From an uncultured Gammaproteobacteria bacterium (GTDB taxonomy: Bacteria; Patescibacteriota; Microgenomatia; UBA8517), in contig OZ246419.1 in assembly GCA_965231135.1 (NCBI GenBank), forward strand, positions 385,488 to 449,487: DNA of 64,000 nt, in the 5' to 3' direction. The notes under the pieces are model-generated. The model made no database searches, was not told the DNA's origin, and worked only from the letters and a program-made list of their open reading frames with translations. How positions within the stretch are numbered: the first letter of the stretch is position 1; each line of letters starts with the position of its first letter. Shown here piece by piece: positions 11,144 through 22,403 of the stretch. Position numbers and translations under genes: made by a program.

Positions 11144-12383
11144 ATCGGCAACTTTTCGTCATACAGGAATTGTTACGACAGCAACTGTAATAAATGGAAT
11201 TTTGGGTTTTGTATTTTTTTGGTGGGTAGCTCGCGTTTTTGACGCGAAAACATTGGGTGAATTTAGCGTTGCTGTAACTGCTTCTGGACTTGTTACTGAT
11301 ATTGCAGTAGTGGGTACGGAAACTGGAACTGTAAATTTTGTAGGAAAATATATAAAAAAAGAAAAGGAAAAGGCTTTAAGATTTTTAAAGTTGGCGTTTG
11401 AGACAAAAATTGTTGTTTGTGTATTAGTAGTTGTTATTGGCTGGTTCTTGGTTCCTTTTTTTGCAATTTATTTTTTTAAAAACAGTTCGTTAATTTTACC
11501 TCTTAGACTGTCACTTTTTATTTCAGTAGGACTTTTATTATTCGGGTTTGCAACTAGCAGTTTGCAGGCGATTCAGAAATTTAATATCTGGGGTTTAGTT
11601 AACATCTCCTCTAATTTTACAAGACTCGTTTTTATGGCTATATTGTTAGCTACCGGTAGCTTTGCATTACAGTCGGGTTTAATTATTCAAACAGTTGCTC
11701 CGATAATATTTTTTATATCTTCGCTTTTGTTTTTGCCCAGGTTTTTGGGAGTTAAAAATGAAAATAAAGTTTTGCAAGAATTTTTCCATTATAATAAATG
11801 GGTTGCGTTATTTACTATTCTTGCTGCGGTAGCAAGTAGACTAGATATTTTTTTTGTTACTAGAATTTTAGGGCTTACTGCTGTTGGTATTTATTCAGTT
11901 GCAGTCACTTTATCTAGTATTATTCCTCAGCTTGTGGGTGCAATAGGAACAGTTGTTGCTCCAAAACTTGCAGGGCAAAACAATAAAACACAAGCGATTG
12001 AATATCTTAAAAAATTGCAGGTTTTTGTTGGTGTACTTTCTTTGTTGGGAATAGTTTCAGGGATTTTTGTTGGATATTTTTTTATAAGACATTTCTATAA
12101 ACCAGAATATTTTGCAAGTTTTGTTCCCTTTATAGTTTTACTTGTTGCTCAAGTAGTTTTCCTTTTTTCTATTCCAGTGCACATGACCACAATTTATTAT
12201 TTTTCATATCCAAAACTTTTTGTAACAATAAGTCTTGTGAATGTAATTGTTGTTACCATTTTTTGTTTAGTTTTAATACCAATTTTTGGTATAGCTGGAG
12301 CAGCGTTAGCTATCTTATTTGGGAGTATTTCCAATTTTATTATTCCTGCATTTTGGGTTTTTGGAAAATTTAAAAATGATTAG
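11115..12383 (+). CDS. wzx: Polysaccharide flippase (Wzx/MOP family)
   Basis: About 12 TM; RLD..VGIYSVA and LIPIFGIAGAA motifs; glycan-locus context. Confidence 0.8.
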   Translation: MREKILAITRSATFRHTGIVTTATVINGILGFVFFWWVARVFDAKTLGEFSVAVTASGLVTDIAVVGTETGTVNFVGKYIKKEKEKALRFLKLAFETKIVVCVLVVVIGWFLVPFFAIYFFKNSSLILPLRLSLFISVGLLLFGFATSSLQAIQKFNIWGLVNISSNFTRLVFMAILLATGSFALQSGLIIQTVAPIIFFISSLLFLPRFLGVKNENKVLQEFFHYNKWVALFTILAAVASRLDIFFVTRILGLTAVGIYSVAVTLSSIIPQLVGAIGTVVAPKLAGQNNKTQAIEYLKKLQVFVGVLSLLGIVSGIFVGYFFIRHFYKPEYFASFVPFIVLLVAQVVFLFSIPVHMTTIYYFSYPKLFVTISLVNVIVVTIFCLVLIPIFGIAGAALAILFGSISNFIIPAFWVFGKFKND

Positions 12384-13179
12384 TATAAATACATTGGTTA
12401 AAAATGAAGAAAATTTTTTATGGTATAGTGTTGGTTCTGTTGTAAATTACGTTGATGAAATTTTGCTTTGGGACACAGGGAGTACCGATCAAACGCTAAA
12501 AATTATTGAGGAAATTATAAAAAGATATCCTCATAAAATTCATTTTAAGCAGATTGGTAGAGTGGACCCGGAAGAATATAGTGGTGTGCGTCAACAAATG
12601 CTAGACAACAGTATTGGAGATTGGGTTTTTATATTAGATGGGGATGAGGTTTGGTGGGATGAGAATATTAAAAAGATAAGCAGTTTTATTAATAGTAATA
12701 AAGTTTATGAGTCTGTGGTTGTAAAAACTTACAATTTGATTGGTGACATGTTTCATTTTCAGGAAGAGAATGCTGGAATGTATCGGTTTGGAAAAAGACG
12801 AGGGCATTTTGCACTTCGATTTATGAATAAAAATATTCCAGGACTGCACGTTGGAGATGTTTATGGTAAAGAAGGCTTTTTTGATGGTGATGGTTTACCG
12901 ATACAAAATCGTGATGAGTCTAAAATAATGTTTTTTGATTTAGCGTACGTTCACGCTACACATCTTACAAGATCAACTAAAGATTTTGAAGTAATGCAGC
13001 GAGATAAAAAAAAGAAATATGAAAGAGGAATAGAATTTGCGGGGGATTTTTATTTTCCAGAGGTTTTTTTTAGAGAAAAACCTGAAATAGTTCCAAATAA
13101 TTGGGAAAATACTCAATTGGGTTTCAAAGTAAAAGCGTATCTACAGACACCGCTTAAAAAAATTAAAAGACGAATATGA
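12376..13179 (+). CDS. GT2 glycosyltransferase
   Basis: VKNEE, DTGSTD, LDGDE motifs. Confidence 0.85.
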   Translation: MISINTLVKNEENFLWYSVGSVVNYVDEILLWDTGSTDQTLKIIEEIIKRYPHKIHFKQIGRVDPEEYSGVRQQMLDNSIGDWVFILDGDEVWWDENIKKISSFINSNKVYESVVVKTYNLIGDMFHFQEENAGMYRFGKRRGHFALRFMNKNIPGLHVGDVYGKEGFFDGDGLPIQNRDESKIMFFDLAYVHATHLTRSTKDFEVMQRDKKKKYERGIEFAGDFYFPEVFFREKPEIVPNNWENTQLGFKVKAYLQTPLKKIKRRI

Positions 13180-13877
13180 GTAATTACAAAAAATATCATC
13201 GCGATAAGACTTATGAAGAAAATGAAAGTCATTTTAAAAATATTTTCAAAACAAGGTTTGAGATAGCTAAAAAATATATAAAGAATGGAAAGGTTCTTGA
13301 TATTGGTGCATCAACTGGAGCAATGCTTGATCTCTTTAGAGAAGATGGATTTGAAACTTGGGGAGTAGAACCATCTGAAAGCAATAAAATTGCAAAGAAA
13401 AAGGGACATAAAATAATAAATGAATATTTTGAAAAAACAAATTTGCCTAAAAATTATTTTGATTTAGTGATTATGAATCATACCTTAGAACATGTTAAAG
13501 ATGCTGAAAAAGTAGTGGCGAAGATTTATAAGATTTTAAAACCTCGAGGGATTTTGTTGGTTGATGTTCCTAATGCGGGAGGGATTGCCTCAAAAATATT
13601 GCAAGATAAATGGCCATATAAACTACCAAAAGAGCATGTTAGCCAGTTTACAAAGAGGAGTTTACAAAAGCTATTTAAAAAAAATAATTTTGAAGTTATT
13701 CATTTTGAAAGCAGATCGGGAATTTTCGAGTTTAGTGATCCTTTTAAAGAAATTTGGGAAGCATTGACACAAAAAAAAAGAAGATTTTTTACAGATATCA
13801 TAAATATCCCCTACGATATCTTCGTAACTTTTTTTGATGAGGGCGATAGTATGACAGTGGTGGGAAGGAAAAATTAA
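13176..13877 (+). CDS. Class I SAM-dependent methyltransferase
   Basis: VLDIGASTG motif I, HTLEHV, LKPRG. Confidence 0.85.
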   Translation: MSNYKKYHRDKTYEENESHFKNIFKTRFEIAKKYIKNGKVLDIGASTGAMLDLFREDGFETWGVEPSESNKIAKKKGHKIINEYFEKTNLPKNYFDLVIMNHTLEHVKDAEKVVAKIYKILKPRGILLVDVPNAGGIASKILQDKWPYKLPKEHVSQFTKRSLQKLFKKNNFEVIHFESRSGIFEFSDPFKEIWEALTQKKRRFFTDIINIPYDIFVTFFDEGDSMTVVGRKN

Positions 13878-15226
13878 TGAAGAAAGTTTGCTTTTATTTA
13901 CTTTTAATTTTAGGGCTGCATTTGATTATTCTTAATTTATTGCAATTTACTGCTTGGCCTGAAATGATCAGTTTTCCTTATTTTCTTAATCATGGGTTTA
14001 TAAATTATTCAGACATGGTGCATGCTTACCCGCCACTTTTAGTGGTATTACTTTCGGTTGTTTATAAAATATTTGGTTATAAATTGATTGCTTTGGAGAT
14101 TTTTGGTTGGATTGGGTTTTTGGTTAATGATTTTCTAATATTTTTGATTTTAAAGAAATTAACCAAGAAAGAATATTTAGCAGTTTGCGGAGTTTTGGTC
14201 TATGTATTTTTACAGCCAATATTAGAAGGGAATATGGTTTGGCCAGATTTATTTATGAGCCCGTTTTTGCTGGGGGGATTTTTGTTATTTTTAAACAAAA
14301 GATTTTTTTTGACGGGATTAATTTTAGTGTTAGCAGTTTTAACAAAACAGACTGGAATTTTTTATTTAGGAATTGTCGGCTTTTGTTTATTGTTTAAAAA
14401 AGATGTGAAAAATATTTTTAAATATATATTTGGAATCACGATTATAATTTTACCGTTTTTATTTTCTTTAATAATGCAAACCTCTCTAAAAGATTTTATA
14501 AATTGGACGATAATTTACCCAAGTAAATATTGGACAAAGTTTCCCGGATATGTCCAACTTTTGCCGACAGCGCGAGAAGGTATTTTATTATTTATTTTAA
14601 TTATCTCGATTTTGTTAATACTGACAAAATCTTTTAAACAAGTGAAACGAAAAAAAGAATTTTATTTACTTTCCTCATTTTTTCTTGCAGGAATAATTGG
14701 GTTTTATCCCAGGTTTTCCTTTTTTCATTTACAACCGGCAATTGCTTTTTTTGTTATTTTAATTATTTATTTGTCTTCAAAAATTAATTTTAATTATTAT
14801 CTATTATTTTTAATTCCTATTTTGGTTTTGATTATTAATATTAGAAGTTTGCAATTTAGAGGGAGCAGATTTTGGAGTAGTGATGAAATATTGGCTAAAA
14901 CGGTACAAAGAGATTCTCTGCAAAATAAGCCAATTTATTTATTAGGGTTAAATAGCGATATTTATGCTTTTTCAGATAGATTTCCAAATAAGCCCTGGCT
15001 TGATAATTTCGGGTGGTATTTAGAAATTCCAGGAGTTCAGGAAAGTGTTATTAAAAGCTTTAACACAAATAAACCGTCTGCGATTTTTTGGGCAGCGCCT
15101 CAAAATGGAAATTGGTATGATATAGGGACATATCAGCCAAAAATGATTACTGATTGGATAAAAGAGAATTATGTTTACACCAAAAATATTTCTGAAGGAG
15201 TTCAAGAATGGAAACTAAAAAAATAA
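13877..15226 (+). CDS. Polytopic membrane protein, probable GT-C glycosyltransferase
   Basis: Y.D...YPP motif, LTKQ motif, 10+ TM helices. Confidence 0.65.
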   Translation: MKKVCFYLLLILGLHLIILNLLQFTAWPEMISFPYFLNHGFINYSDMVHAYPPLLVVLLSVVYKIFGYKLIALEIFGWIGFLVNDFLIFLILKKLTKKEYLAVCGVLVYVFLQPILEGNMVWPDLFMSPFLLGGFLLFLNKRFFLTGLILVLAVLTKQTGIFYLGIVGFCLLFKKDVKNIFKYIFGITIIILPFLFSLIMQTSLKDFINWTIIYPSKYWTKFPGYVQLLPTAREGILLFILIISILLILTKSFKQVKRKKEFYLLSSFFLAGIIGFYPRFSFFHLQPAIAFFVILIIYLSSKINFNYYLLFLIPILVLIINIRSLQFRGSRFWSSDEILAKTVQRDSLQNKPIYLLGLNSDIYAFSDRFPNKPWLDNFGWYLEIPGVQESVIKSFNTNKPSAIFWAAPQNGNWYDIGTYQPKMITDWIKENYVYTKNISEGVQEWKLKK

Positions 15227-16254
15227 AAGTTGCTTTTCTAAGTTTTTATAGTGGGAAAGTTTATCGTGGAGTTGAAACTTATGTGCATGAATTAGCAAAT
15301 AGATTAATTGATTTGGATGTTGATGTAACCGTTTATCAGAATGGAGATAAATTGCCAAATTCGAAATATAAAGTAAATTCTTCAAAACTTAAAATTAATT
15401 GGAAAATACCGTTTAAAAATTTTTATTGGAATATTTTGTTAGGGAAACATGTGATAAGAGTTTTAAGAAATATAGATGCAGATATTATTGTTGCAACAAA
15501 CGGCAGTACTCAAACTCTATTGGTTAAATTGTGGTGCTTAATAAACAATAAAAAAATTATTATACCTGGGCAGTCAGGTCCAGGTGGTGATGACAAGTTT
15601 AACTTAATTTGTTTTCCTAATTGTTTTATTGCACTTACAAACTGGCAGAAAGGTTGGGCAAAAAAAATTAATCCTTTTGTAAAAACTGAAGTGATTCCAA
15701 ACGGAGTTGATTTAAAAAAGTTTAATAAAAATATTAAACCAATCCAAATTAATTTACCAAAACCAATTGTTTTAAATGTTGGAGCTTTAGTTGAAGAAAA
15801 AAGACAAGATTTAATTATAAAAGCTGTATCAAAAACAAATGCATCACTTTTAATTGTAGGGAAAGGAAATAAGGAAGAAGAACTGCGGAAGTTGGGCGAT
15901 AAACTGCTTCCGGGAAGGTTTAAAATTGTAAGTTTTAGTCATGAAAAAATGCCAGAAGTTTATACTTCATGCGATTTATTTACATATCCAACAGTTTCTT
16001 GGGAATCTTTTGGTATTGTTATGGTTGAAGCAATGGCAAGCGGATTACCAGTTGTAGCTAATAATGATCCGATTAGACGAGAAATTGTTGGTAATGCTGG
16101 TTATTTTGTTGACCCAATTAATACGGAAGAATATGCGAAAGTTTTAGATCAGGGACTAAAAACAAAGTGGGGAAGCGCTCCAAGAAAACAAGCTGAAAAA
16201 TTTAGTTGGGATGAGATTGCCAAGAAATATAAAGATATAATTGAAGAATTATGA
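15208..16254 (+). CDS. GT4 glycosyltransferase
   Basis: IPNGVD, ESFGIVMVEAMASGLPVV (EX7E), FSW. Confidence 0.9.
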   Translation: METKKIKVAFLSFYSGKVYRGVETYVHELANRLIDLDVDVTVYQNGDKLPNSKYKVNSSKLKINWKIPFKNFYWNILLGKHVIRVLRNIDADIIVATNGSTQTLLVKLWCLINNKKIIIPGQSGPGGDDKFNLICFPNCFIALTNWQKGWAKKINPFVKTEVIPNGVDLKKFNKNIKPIQINLPKPIVLNVGALVEEKRQDLIIKAVSKTNASLLIVGKGNKEEELRKLGDKLLPGRFKIVSFSHEKMPEVYTSCDLFTYPTVSWESFGIVMVEAMASGLPVVANNDPIRREIVGNAGYFVDPINTEEYAKVLDQGLKTKWGSAPRKQAEKFSWDEIAKKYKDIIEEL

Positions 16255-17180
16255 GAGTAAGTGTAATTATTCCAGTTTACAACGAAGAAAAAGTAATTTT
16301 AGAATGCTTAAAGTCTTTAGATAAACAATTTGAAAAAGATTTTGAAGTAATTTTAGTTGACGATGGCAGCACTGATGATACATTAAAAATTATTTCTGAG
16401 TTTAAGTCTAAAAAATATAAAATTATCGTTTTGAAACAAAATCATGAAGGTCCGGCTATAGCTCGTAATCTTGGAGCAAAATATTCAAAAGGAAAGATTT
16501 TAGTTTTTGTTGATAGTGACATGACTTTCTCAGAAAACTTTTTAGGAGAACTTGTTGGCCCAATTAGGGAAGGAAAAACAAATGGAACTTTTAGTAAATT
16601 AGAATATGTCAAAAATAAAAATAATATTTGGGCAAAATGTTGGGGAATAAATCAAGGTTGGTTAGAAGGAATGAGGCATCCGAGAGATTATCCAGATCAG
16701 CAGAAAGTATTTCGGGCGATTTTAAAAAGCGAGTTTGAAAAAGTTAATGGATTTTCAAAAGGAGGGTATACCGATGATTACACTTTGAGCGATAAACTTG
16801 GTTATCAAGCAATAGCTGCAAAGGCAGTTTTTTATCATGAGAACCCTGATAATTTAAAAGAAGTTTTTGAGCAAGCAAAATGGTCCGCAAAAAGAAAATA
16901 TAAGATGGGATTTATTGGAGAATTAATTGCAACATTGCGATCGTTTATATTGATTTCAATAATTGCTGGACTTCTAAAATGGTTTGATATTTTAGGTCTT
17001 TTTCTTATTTTTAAAAAAAATGAAATTGATGAACCAAAATATTCTTTTAAGAATTATTTTTACGATTTATTGAATAGATTTGTTTTAGCTATTGGATTTT
17101 TGGTTTTTAAAATAGTGTATGATTTTGGAATTTTTGTGGGAATTTTGGAGATGATGTTTACAGGAAAGACTGCAAAATGA
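16251..17180 (+). CDS. GT2 glycosyltransferase with C-terminal TM helices
   Basis: SVIIPVYNEE, VDDGSTD, ARNLG, FVDSD. Confidence 0.9.
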   Translation: MRVSVIIPVYNEEKVILECLKSLDKQFEKDFEVILVDDGSTDDTLKIISEFKSKKYKIIVLKQNHEGPAIARNLGAKYSKGKILVFVDSDMTFSENFLGELVGPIREGKTNGTFSKLEYVKNKNNIWAKCWGINQGWLEGMRHPRDYPDQQKVFRAILKSEFEKVNGFSKGGYTDDYTLSDKLGYQAIAAKAVFYHENPDNLKEVFEQAKWSAKRKYKMGFIGELIATLRSFILISIIAGLLKWFDILGLFLIFKKNEIDEPKYSFKNYFYDLLNRFVLAIGFLVFKIVYDFGIFVGILEMMFTGKTAK

Positions 17181-18520
17181 TAATTTTTATTTTACTTCTA
17201 GGACTTGGTTTAAGATTAATTTCTTTAAATCAATCTTTGTGGCTTGATGAAGCAACTTCTGTTTCCACTATTCATATGAGTTTATCCCAATTTTTTGGGA
17301 AATTTATTGTGGGAGATTTTCATCCGCCACTTTATTACTTAACTTTACGTGTATGGTCGATATTTTTTGGAACAACTGAAATTGGATTAAGAAGTTTATC
17401 TATTTTATTTGGAGTTTTAACGATTTATTTTGTTTATTTAATTGGAAAAGAATTGATTAACAAAGAGACGGGGATTGTTGGGTCTATTTTTGTAGCTACT
17501 TCAGGATTATCTATTTATTATTCGCAAGAAGCAAGAATGTATGCAATGAGTACATTTCTCGTAACATTTGCAATGTTTTCATTTGTGAAAATTTTAAAAA
17601 CAGACAGGGTAGAGTATTGGATGAGTTTTGCGATAACTTTAGGATTAGTTGGAGCAACTGATTATCTCCCACTTTTAATTTTACCTGTATTTTTCGTAAT
17701 TGGAATTTTAGGAAAGAAAAATATTAATTGGTTTAAGAAATTGATTACGTCGCACATTATATTGGGAGTTTTAGCCGCATTATGGTTACCGATATTTTTG
17801 AAACAATTACATTCGGGACTTTCAGTTGCAAACGGTTCCCCTGCCTGGGTAAATGTTTTAGGAACTTTTTCGGTAAAAAATATTTTATTGATACCTGTCA
17901 AATTTGGAATAGGGAGAATAAGTTTTGATAATAAGTTTGTTTATGCTGCCGTTGTTTTAACTGCCATTGCTATATTTGCTTATCTTTTTTATAAAGCAAG
18001 AAGGGACACTTTGATTTGGATGTGGTTAATTTTGCCAACAACAATGGCCCTTTTGATTAGTATTAAAATTCCAGTATTAAATTATTTCAGATTTTTGTTT
18101 GTATTGCCCGCTTTTTATTTAATTGCTGCAACTGGAGCAAACGCTTTGAAAAATAAATTTAGAGTAATTTTAGTTGTGTTGGTTTTGGCACTTAATTTAA
18201 CGACAAGTTTTATTTATTTGAGTAATGTGAAATTTCAAAGAGAGGACTGGAGAGATTTTGCAAAATTTGTAGGTAATAGTCCGGTCCTTTTTGCAGCAAA
18301 TTCGCAGAAAGAATCATTTTTGTACTATGATGCACATGCGAATATTATTAATTTGAAGCAAGCAAAAGATTATAAAGAAGTTTTTTTGATACGTTATTCT
18401 CAAGAAATTGTTGATCCAGCAGATTCTACTAGGGAAAATTTGGAGAATTTAGGATATCATAAGCTACAGGAATATGATTTTAATGGTGTGGTAGTTTGGA
18501 AATATGCGAGATCTAATTAA
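17177..18520 (+). CDS. GT39/PMT-like GT-C glycosyltransferase
   Basis: SLWLDE, HPPLYY, YSQEARMY signatures. Confidence 0.85.
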   Translation: MIIFILLLGLGLRLISLNQSLWLDEATSVSTIHMSLSQFFGKFIVGDFHPPLYYLTLRVWSIFFGTTEIGLRSLSILFGVLTIYFVYLIGKELINKETGIVGSIFVATSGLSIYYSQEARMYAMSTFLVTFAMFSFVKILKTDRVEYWMSFAITLGLVGATDYLPLLILPVFFVIGILGKKNINWFKKLITSHIILGVLAALWLPIFLKQLHSGLSVANGSPAWVNVLGTFSVKNILLIPVKFGIGRISFDNKFVYAAVVLTAIAIFAYLFYKARRDTLIWMWLILPTTMALLISIKIPVLNYFRFLFVLPAFYLIAATGANALKNKFRVILVVLVLALNLTTSFIYLSNVKFQREDWRDFAKFVGNSPVLFAANSQKESFLYYDAHANIINLKQAKDYKEVFLIRYSQEIVDPADSTRENLENLGYHKLQEYDFNGVVVWKYARSN

Positions 18521-19127
18521 GAAATACCAAGATATATTTTTTTATTTACAGCTAACTAATAATCTTACTTATTGTAAAAGTGTTTTGGATGTGGGCTGTG
18601 GAAATGATTCGCCGATTAAAAATGTTAAGAAGACATTTAAGTCTGAAGGAGTCGATGTTTTTGCACCTGCAATTGCCGAAAGTAAACGCAAGAAGATTCA
18701 TGATTCATATAAAAAGGCTGACCTTAATAATCTTGGCAAATACTATAAAGACAATAGTTTTGATGCAACCGTGGCACTTGATGTTGTTGAACATTTTACC
18801 AAGAAAAAAGCTTTAAAACTGATTGCTTCCATGGAAAAAATAGCAGCAAAAAAAATAATTATTTTGACACCAAATGGATTTGTAAAACAAGGTGAGTATG
18901 GTGACAATCCATATCAAAGACATTTCAGTGGCTGGACTAAAGAAGAATTTGAACGAATGGGCTATAAAGTGTATGGACTGCGTGGCCCAAAATGCATTCG
19001 TGGAGAATATGCGACGATAAAATATAAGCCTTGGATTTTATGGGGATTAATTGTGTTTTTGACAGAGCCCCTGTTTTATTTCTGGCCGCAGGCAAGCTTT
19101 GATCTATTTGCTGTAAAGGAGAAATAA
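18504..19127 (+). CDS. Class I SAM-dependent methyltransferase
   Basis: VLDVGCG, DVVEH, TPNG. Confidence 0.85.
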   Translation: MRDLIKKYQDIFFYLQLTNNLTYCKSVLDVGCGNDSPIKNVKKTFKSEGVDVFAPAIAESKRKKIHDSYKKADLNNLGKYYKDNSFDATVALDVVEHFTKKKALKLIASMEKIAAKKIIILTPNGFVKQGEYGDNPYQRHFSGWTKEEFERMGYKVYGLRGPKCIRGEYATIKYKPWILWGLIVFLTEPLFYFWPQASFDLFAVKEK

Positions 19128-20191
19128 TGCGTATTGGAATTGATATTTCACAAATAATTTATGGAACTGGAGTCTCCTATTACACACGAGAACTCCTTGT
19201 GAATCTTTATAAAATTGACAAAGAAGATCAGTTCATAACCTTTGGAGGGACACTGCGCAGGAAAGAAGAACTTAAACAGTGGACTTCAAATGTTTTGTCG
19301 CTCTCCCCGACCCTGGCTGATTTACTTTGGAATAGATTACATGTTATTGATCCGCAAAAACTTGTTGGAAACTTTGACATACTTCACAGCTCTGATTGGA
19401 CTCAACCTCCAACAAAAGCTTTGAAAGTAACTACAGTACATGATCTGGTGGCTATAAAATTTCCAAATGAAACTCCAAGAAAAATTATCGATGTTCACAA
19501 AAGAAGGCTTTATTGGGTTTTAAAAGAGGTTGATAGAATTATTGTTCCTACCAATCAAACTAAAATAGATTTGATGGAAATAGGGGCAAATGCAGAAAAA
19601 ATAAAAGTAATTTATGAGGGAGTTGGTGAAAACTTTATACGAAGGAGTGAAAAAGAGATTGAATCCGTGAAAATAAAATATCAAATTCATGAGGATTATA
19701 TTTTGACTGTAGGAGTAGGCAAAAGAAAAAATAGTACTAGGTTGATTGAAGCGTTTGAAAAAACTAAAAATAAACACAAATTGGTAATTGTTGGAGGGGG
19801 TAAAAAAATGGATATTGATAATCGAGGAATTATTCATACCGGATATTTGAGCGAGGATGATCTTATCTGTCTTTATAGCGGGGCCAAGGCCCTGGTTTAC
19901 CCTTCGTTATATGAAGGTTTTGGACTGCCGATTTTACAAGCTATGGCATGTGGAGTTCCTGTTGTTACATCAGATATTGGAGCAATGAAAGAAATTGCTG
20001 GAACCAGCGCCATTTTGGTGGATCCGCTGGATATTAATTCTATAAGAGACGGGATTGAAAAAGCCGTAGTTAATCAAAAAACCTTAAGTAAAAAAGGTTA
20101 TAAGCGAGTTAAAGATTTTAGCTGGGAAAAGTGTGCAAAAGAGACTTTAGAGGTTTACCGAGGTATAATATCTCATGATTATCGGCATTGA
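19127..20191 (+). CDS. GT4 glycosyltransferase (mannosyltransferase-like)
   Basis: MRIGID, TVHDL, PSLYEGFGLPILQAMACG. Confidence 0.9.
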   Translation: MRIGIDISQIIYGTGVSYYTRELLVNLYKIDKEDQFITFGGTLRRKEELKQWTSNVLSLSPTLADLLWNRLHVIDPQKLVGNFDILHSSDWTQPPTKALKVTTVHDLVAIKFPNETPRKIIDVHKRRLYWVLKEVDRIIVPTNQTKIDLMEIGANAEKIKVIYEGVGENFIRRSEKEIESVKIKYQIHEDYILTVGVGKRKNSTRLIEAFEKTKNKHKLVIVGGGKKMDIDNRGIIHTGYLSEDDLICLYSGAKALVYPSLYEGFGLPILQAMACGVPVVTSDIGAMKEIAGTSAILVDPLDINSIRDGIEKAVVNQKTLSKKGYKRVKDFSWEKCAKETLEVYRGIISHDYRH

Positions 20192-21293
20192 CGGGAACGA
20201 AGCAAACATAAAAAATCGGGTTGGAGTCAATAAATATGCCTATGAAGTGATTAAAGGTATATACAATTTACTTCCTAAGAATGAAGATCTTATAGTTGTT
20301 GTATATTTGAAAGATAGACCGTTTAGCGATATGCCGAAAGAGAGCAAGAACTTTAAATATAAAGTTTTGTCATCTAGAAAAATGTGGATTTTAACTCGAT
20401 TAACTCCATATTTGCTCAAGAATTCCGATAGACTTGATGTTTTTTTCTCACCAAATCATTATTTACCGCCTTTAATTCCAATCCCAAGCGTTTGTTCAGT
20501 TATGGACCTTGGTTTCTTCGAATTTTCGGCACAATTTACTAAATATGATTTTTGGCAGTTGAAGTACTGGACTGCCATTTCAGTAAATAGATCAAAATAT
20601 GTACTGACTATATCAGAAGCTAGCAAAAAAGATATTATAAAGTATTATAAAAAACCAAGTGAAGGTATTGTGGTTACTTATCCTGGAGTTGATGATTTGA
20701 CAAAAACTCAGATAAGTGATGCAAAAATTGCCAATATTAAAGGCAAATATTCTATAGTTAATGATTATATTTTGTATTTAGGAACTCTTAAACCATCAAA
20801 AAATATAGAAAGCCTGATAACGGCATTTTCTGAAATAAAAAATGATAATTTACAACTTGTTATTGCAGGCAAAAAAGGATGGCTTTATGAAAGTATATTT
20901 TCTTTGGTAAAAAACTTGAATTTGGAGAGAAAAGTAGTGTTTACAGACTTTATTGATGAAAAAGATAAGTTTGCTTTAATTAAAGGTGCAAAAATGTTTG
21001 TGTTACCTTCTTTTTGGGAGGGATTTGGTCTTGATATTTTGACTGCTTTCTCTCTTAATGTGCCGGTTGTAGCAAGCAATGTCGGAAGCTTGCCTGAGGT
21101 TGTTGGGAATGCTGGGTTTTTGATTAATCCAAACAATATTAATTCTATAGCAAATGGTATGGAAAAAGTTCTAAAGATGACTAAAAAAGAATATAATAAT
21201 TTGATAGAGAAGGAAAAAGTGCAGCTTGGTAAATTTTCATGGATAAATATGAGCAAAAAAACAATTGAAGTTTTGAGAAAGGCGGCTAACTAA
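20175..21293 (+). CDS. GT4 glycosyltransferase (mannosyltransferase-like)
   Basis: IGIDG, LGTLKPSKN, PSFWEGFG. Confidence 0.85.
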   Translation: MIIGIDGNEANIKNRVGVNKYAYEVIKGIYNLLPKNEDLIVVVYLKDRPFSDMPKESKNFKYKVLSSRKMWILTRLTPYLLKNSDRLDVFFSPNHYLPPLIPIPSVCSVMDLGFFEFSAQFTKYDFWQLKYWTAISVNRSKYVLTISEASKKDIIKYYKKPSEGIVVTYPGVDDLTKTQISDAKIANIKGKYSIVNDYILYLGTLKPSKNIESLITAFSEIKNDNLQLVIAGKKGWLYESIFSLVKNLNLERKVVFTDFIDEKDKFALIKGAKMFVLPSFWEGFGLDILTAFSLNVPVVASNVGSLPEVVGNAGFLINPNNINSIANGMEKVLKMTKKEYNNLIEKEKVQLGKFSWINMSKKTIEVLRKAAN

Positions 21294-21297
21294 TAAA

Positions 21298-21894
21298 ATG
21301 TTTCAAGATAAAGATGGAAACAAATTGTCTTCAAATGAGGCTATGAAAAAAATAATTAATAGAGTGAAAAATTATTTTTGGGATTTTGAGTTAATGATTC
21401 TAAGGTGGACAGGACATATACCAATTCATATAGTTCGCAATTTTATCTACCAGATTTTTGGTGTAGAGATTGGAGCCGGATCTAAAATTCATATGCATGC
21501 CAAGTTTTTTGATCAACGAGGAATCAAAATTGGCGTAGATACTATTATTGGAGACGGGGCTTTTATGGATGGGAGAGCTGGACTTATTATTGGAAGTCAT
21601 GTTGACGTTGCAAGTGAAGTAATGTTTTATACATCAGAACATGATTTGGAGAGTGAAACTTTTAAAGCTCGTGAAGAATCTGTGAAAATTGGAGATTATG
21701 TTTTCATAGGGCCAAGAGCAATAATTTTGCCAGGAGTAACTGTAGGAAAAGGGGCTGTTGTTGCAGCTGGGGCTGTTGTAACTAGAGATATTCCAGATTT
21801 TGCAATTGTCGGAGGAATTCCAGCAAAGATTATCGGAGAACGAAAAACACACGATCTTCATTATAAACTTGGAAGGGCAAGACTTTTTCAATGA
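21298..21894 (+). CDS. Hexapeptide-repeat (LbH) acyltransferase
   Basis: VKIGDYVFIGPRAIILPGVTVGKGAVVAAGAVVTRD..GIPAK. Confidence 0.9.
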   Translation: MFQDKDGNKLSSNEAMKKIINRVKNYFWDFELMILRWTGHIPIHIVRNFIYQIFGVEIGAGSKIHMHAKFFDQRGIKIGVDTIIGDGAFMDGRAGLIIGSHVDVASEVMFYTSEHDLESETFKAREESVKIGDYVFIGPRAIILPGVTVGKGAVVAAGAVVTRDIPDFAIVGGIPAKIIGERKTHDLHYKLGRARLFQ

Positions 21895-22403
21895 GAATTA
21901 CCTTAAAGAAAGTTTTGTATGCATTATTAATTGTTTTTGGGTTATTGTTTTTTGCATATTTGCTTTTACCAACTCCTTTTAAAGATTTTCCAACTCCTCC
22001 GCCAGGATCGGTTCAATCAATGGAAGATGCTGATGTAGAGACACCTTTGAGGCGCGCTTATTTTACAAATTATACACGGGAGGAAGTAATTGCTCACTAC
22101 AAAAATCAATTTAAATATAGACCTTTTACTTTGGAATTAAATTATCCTCCTGAGGATGCACAAACACTTATTCGAGACCAAACGAGAAGTTATTATCTTG
22201 AAGAATTGGCACATCCTTTTCGGGAATCTGTTTATATAAACGGTTTTATTGCAACAAAACCACAGGATGATATTTGGTATAAGGGTGTGCATTATCAGGA
22301 AAAAATTACTATTAAATATGTGCCAACAAGTATTGCTTTAAGAATTGTTTTTGGAGGTCTCACACTTTTGCTTATGGCTTGGATGATTCATGAATATGCC
22401 TGA
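21891..22403 (+). CDS. Hypothetical membrane-anchored protein
   Basis: TM helices at both ends; overlaps both neighbours in the operon. Confidence 0.6.
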   Translation: MRITLKKVLYALLIVFGLLFFAYLLLPTPFKDFPTPPPGSVQSMEDADVETPLRRAYFTNYTREEVIAHYKNQFKYRPFTLELNYPPEDAQTLIRDQTRSYYLEELAHPFRESVYINGFIATKPQDDIWYKGVHYQEKITIKYVPTSIALRIVFGGLTLLLMAWMIHEYA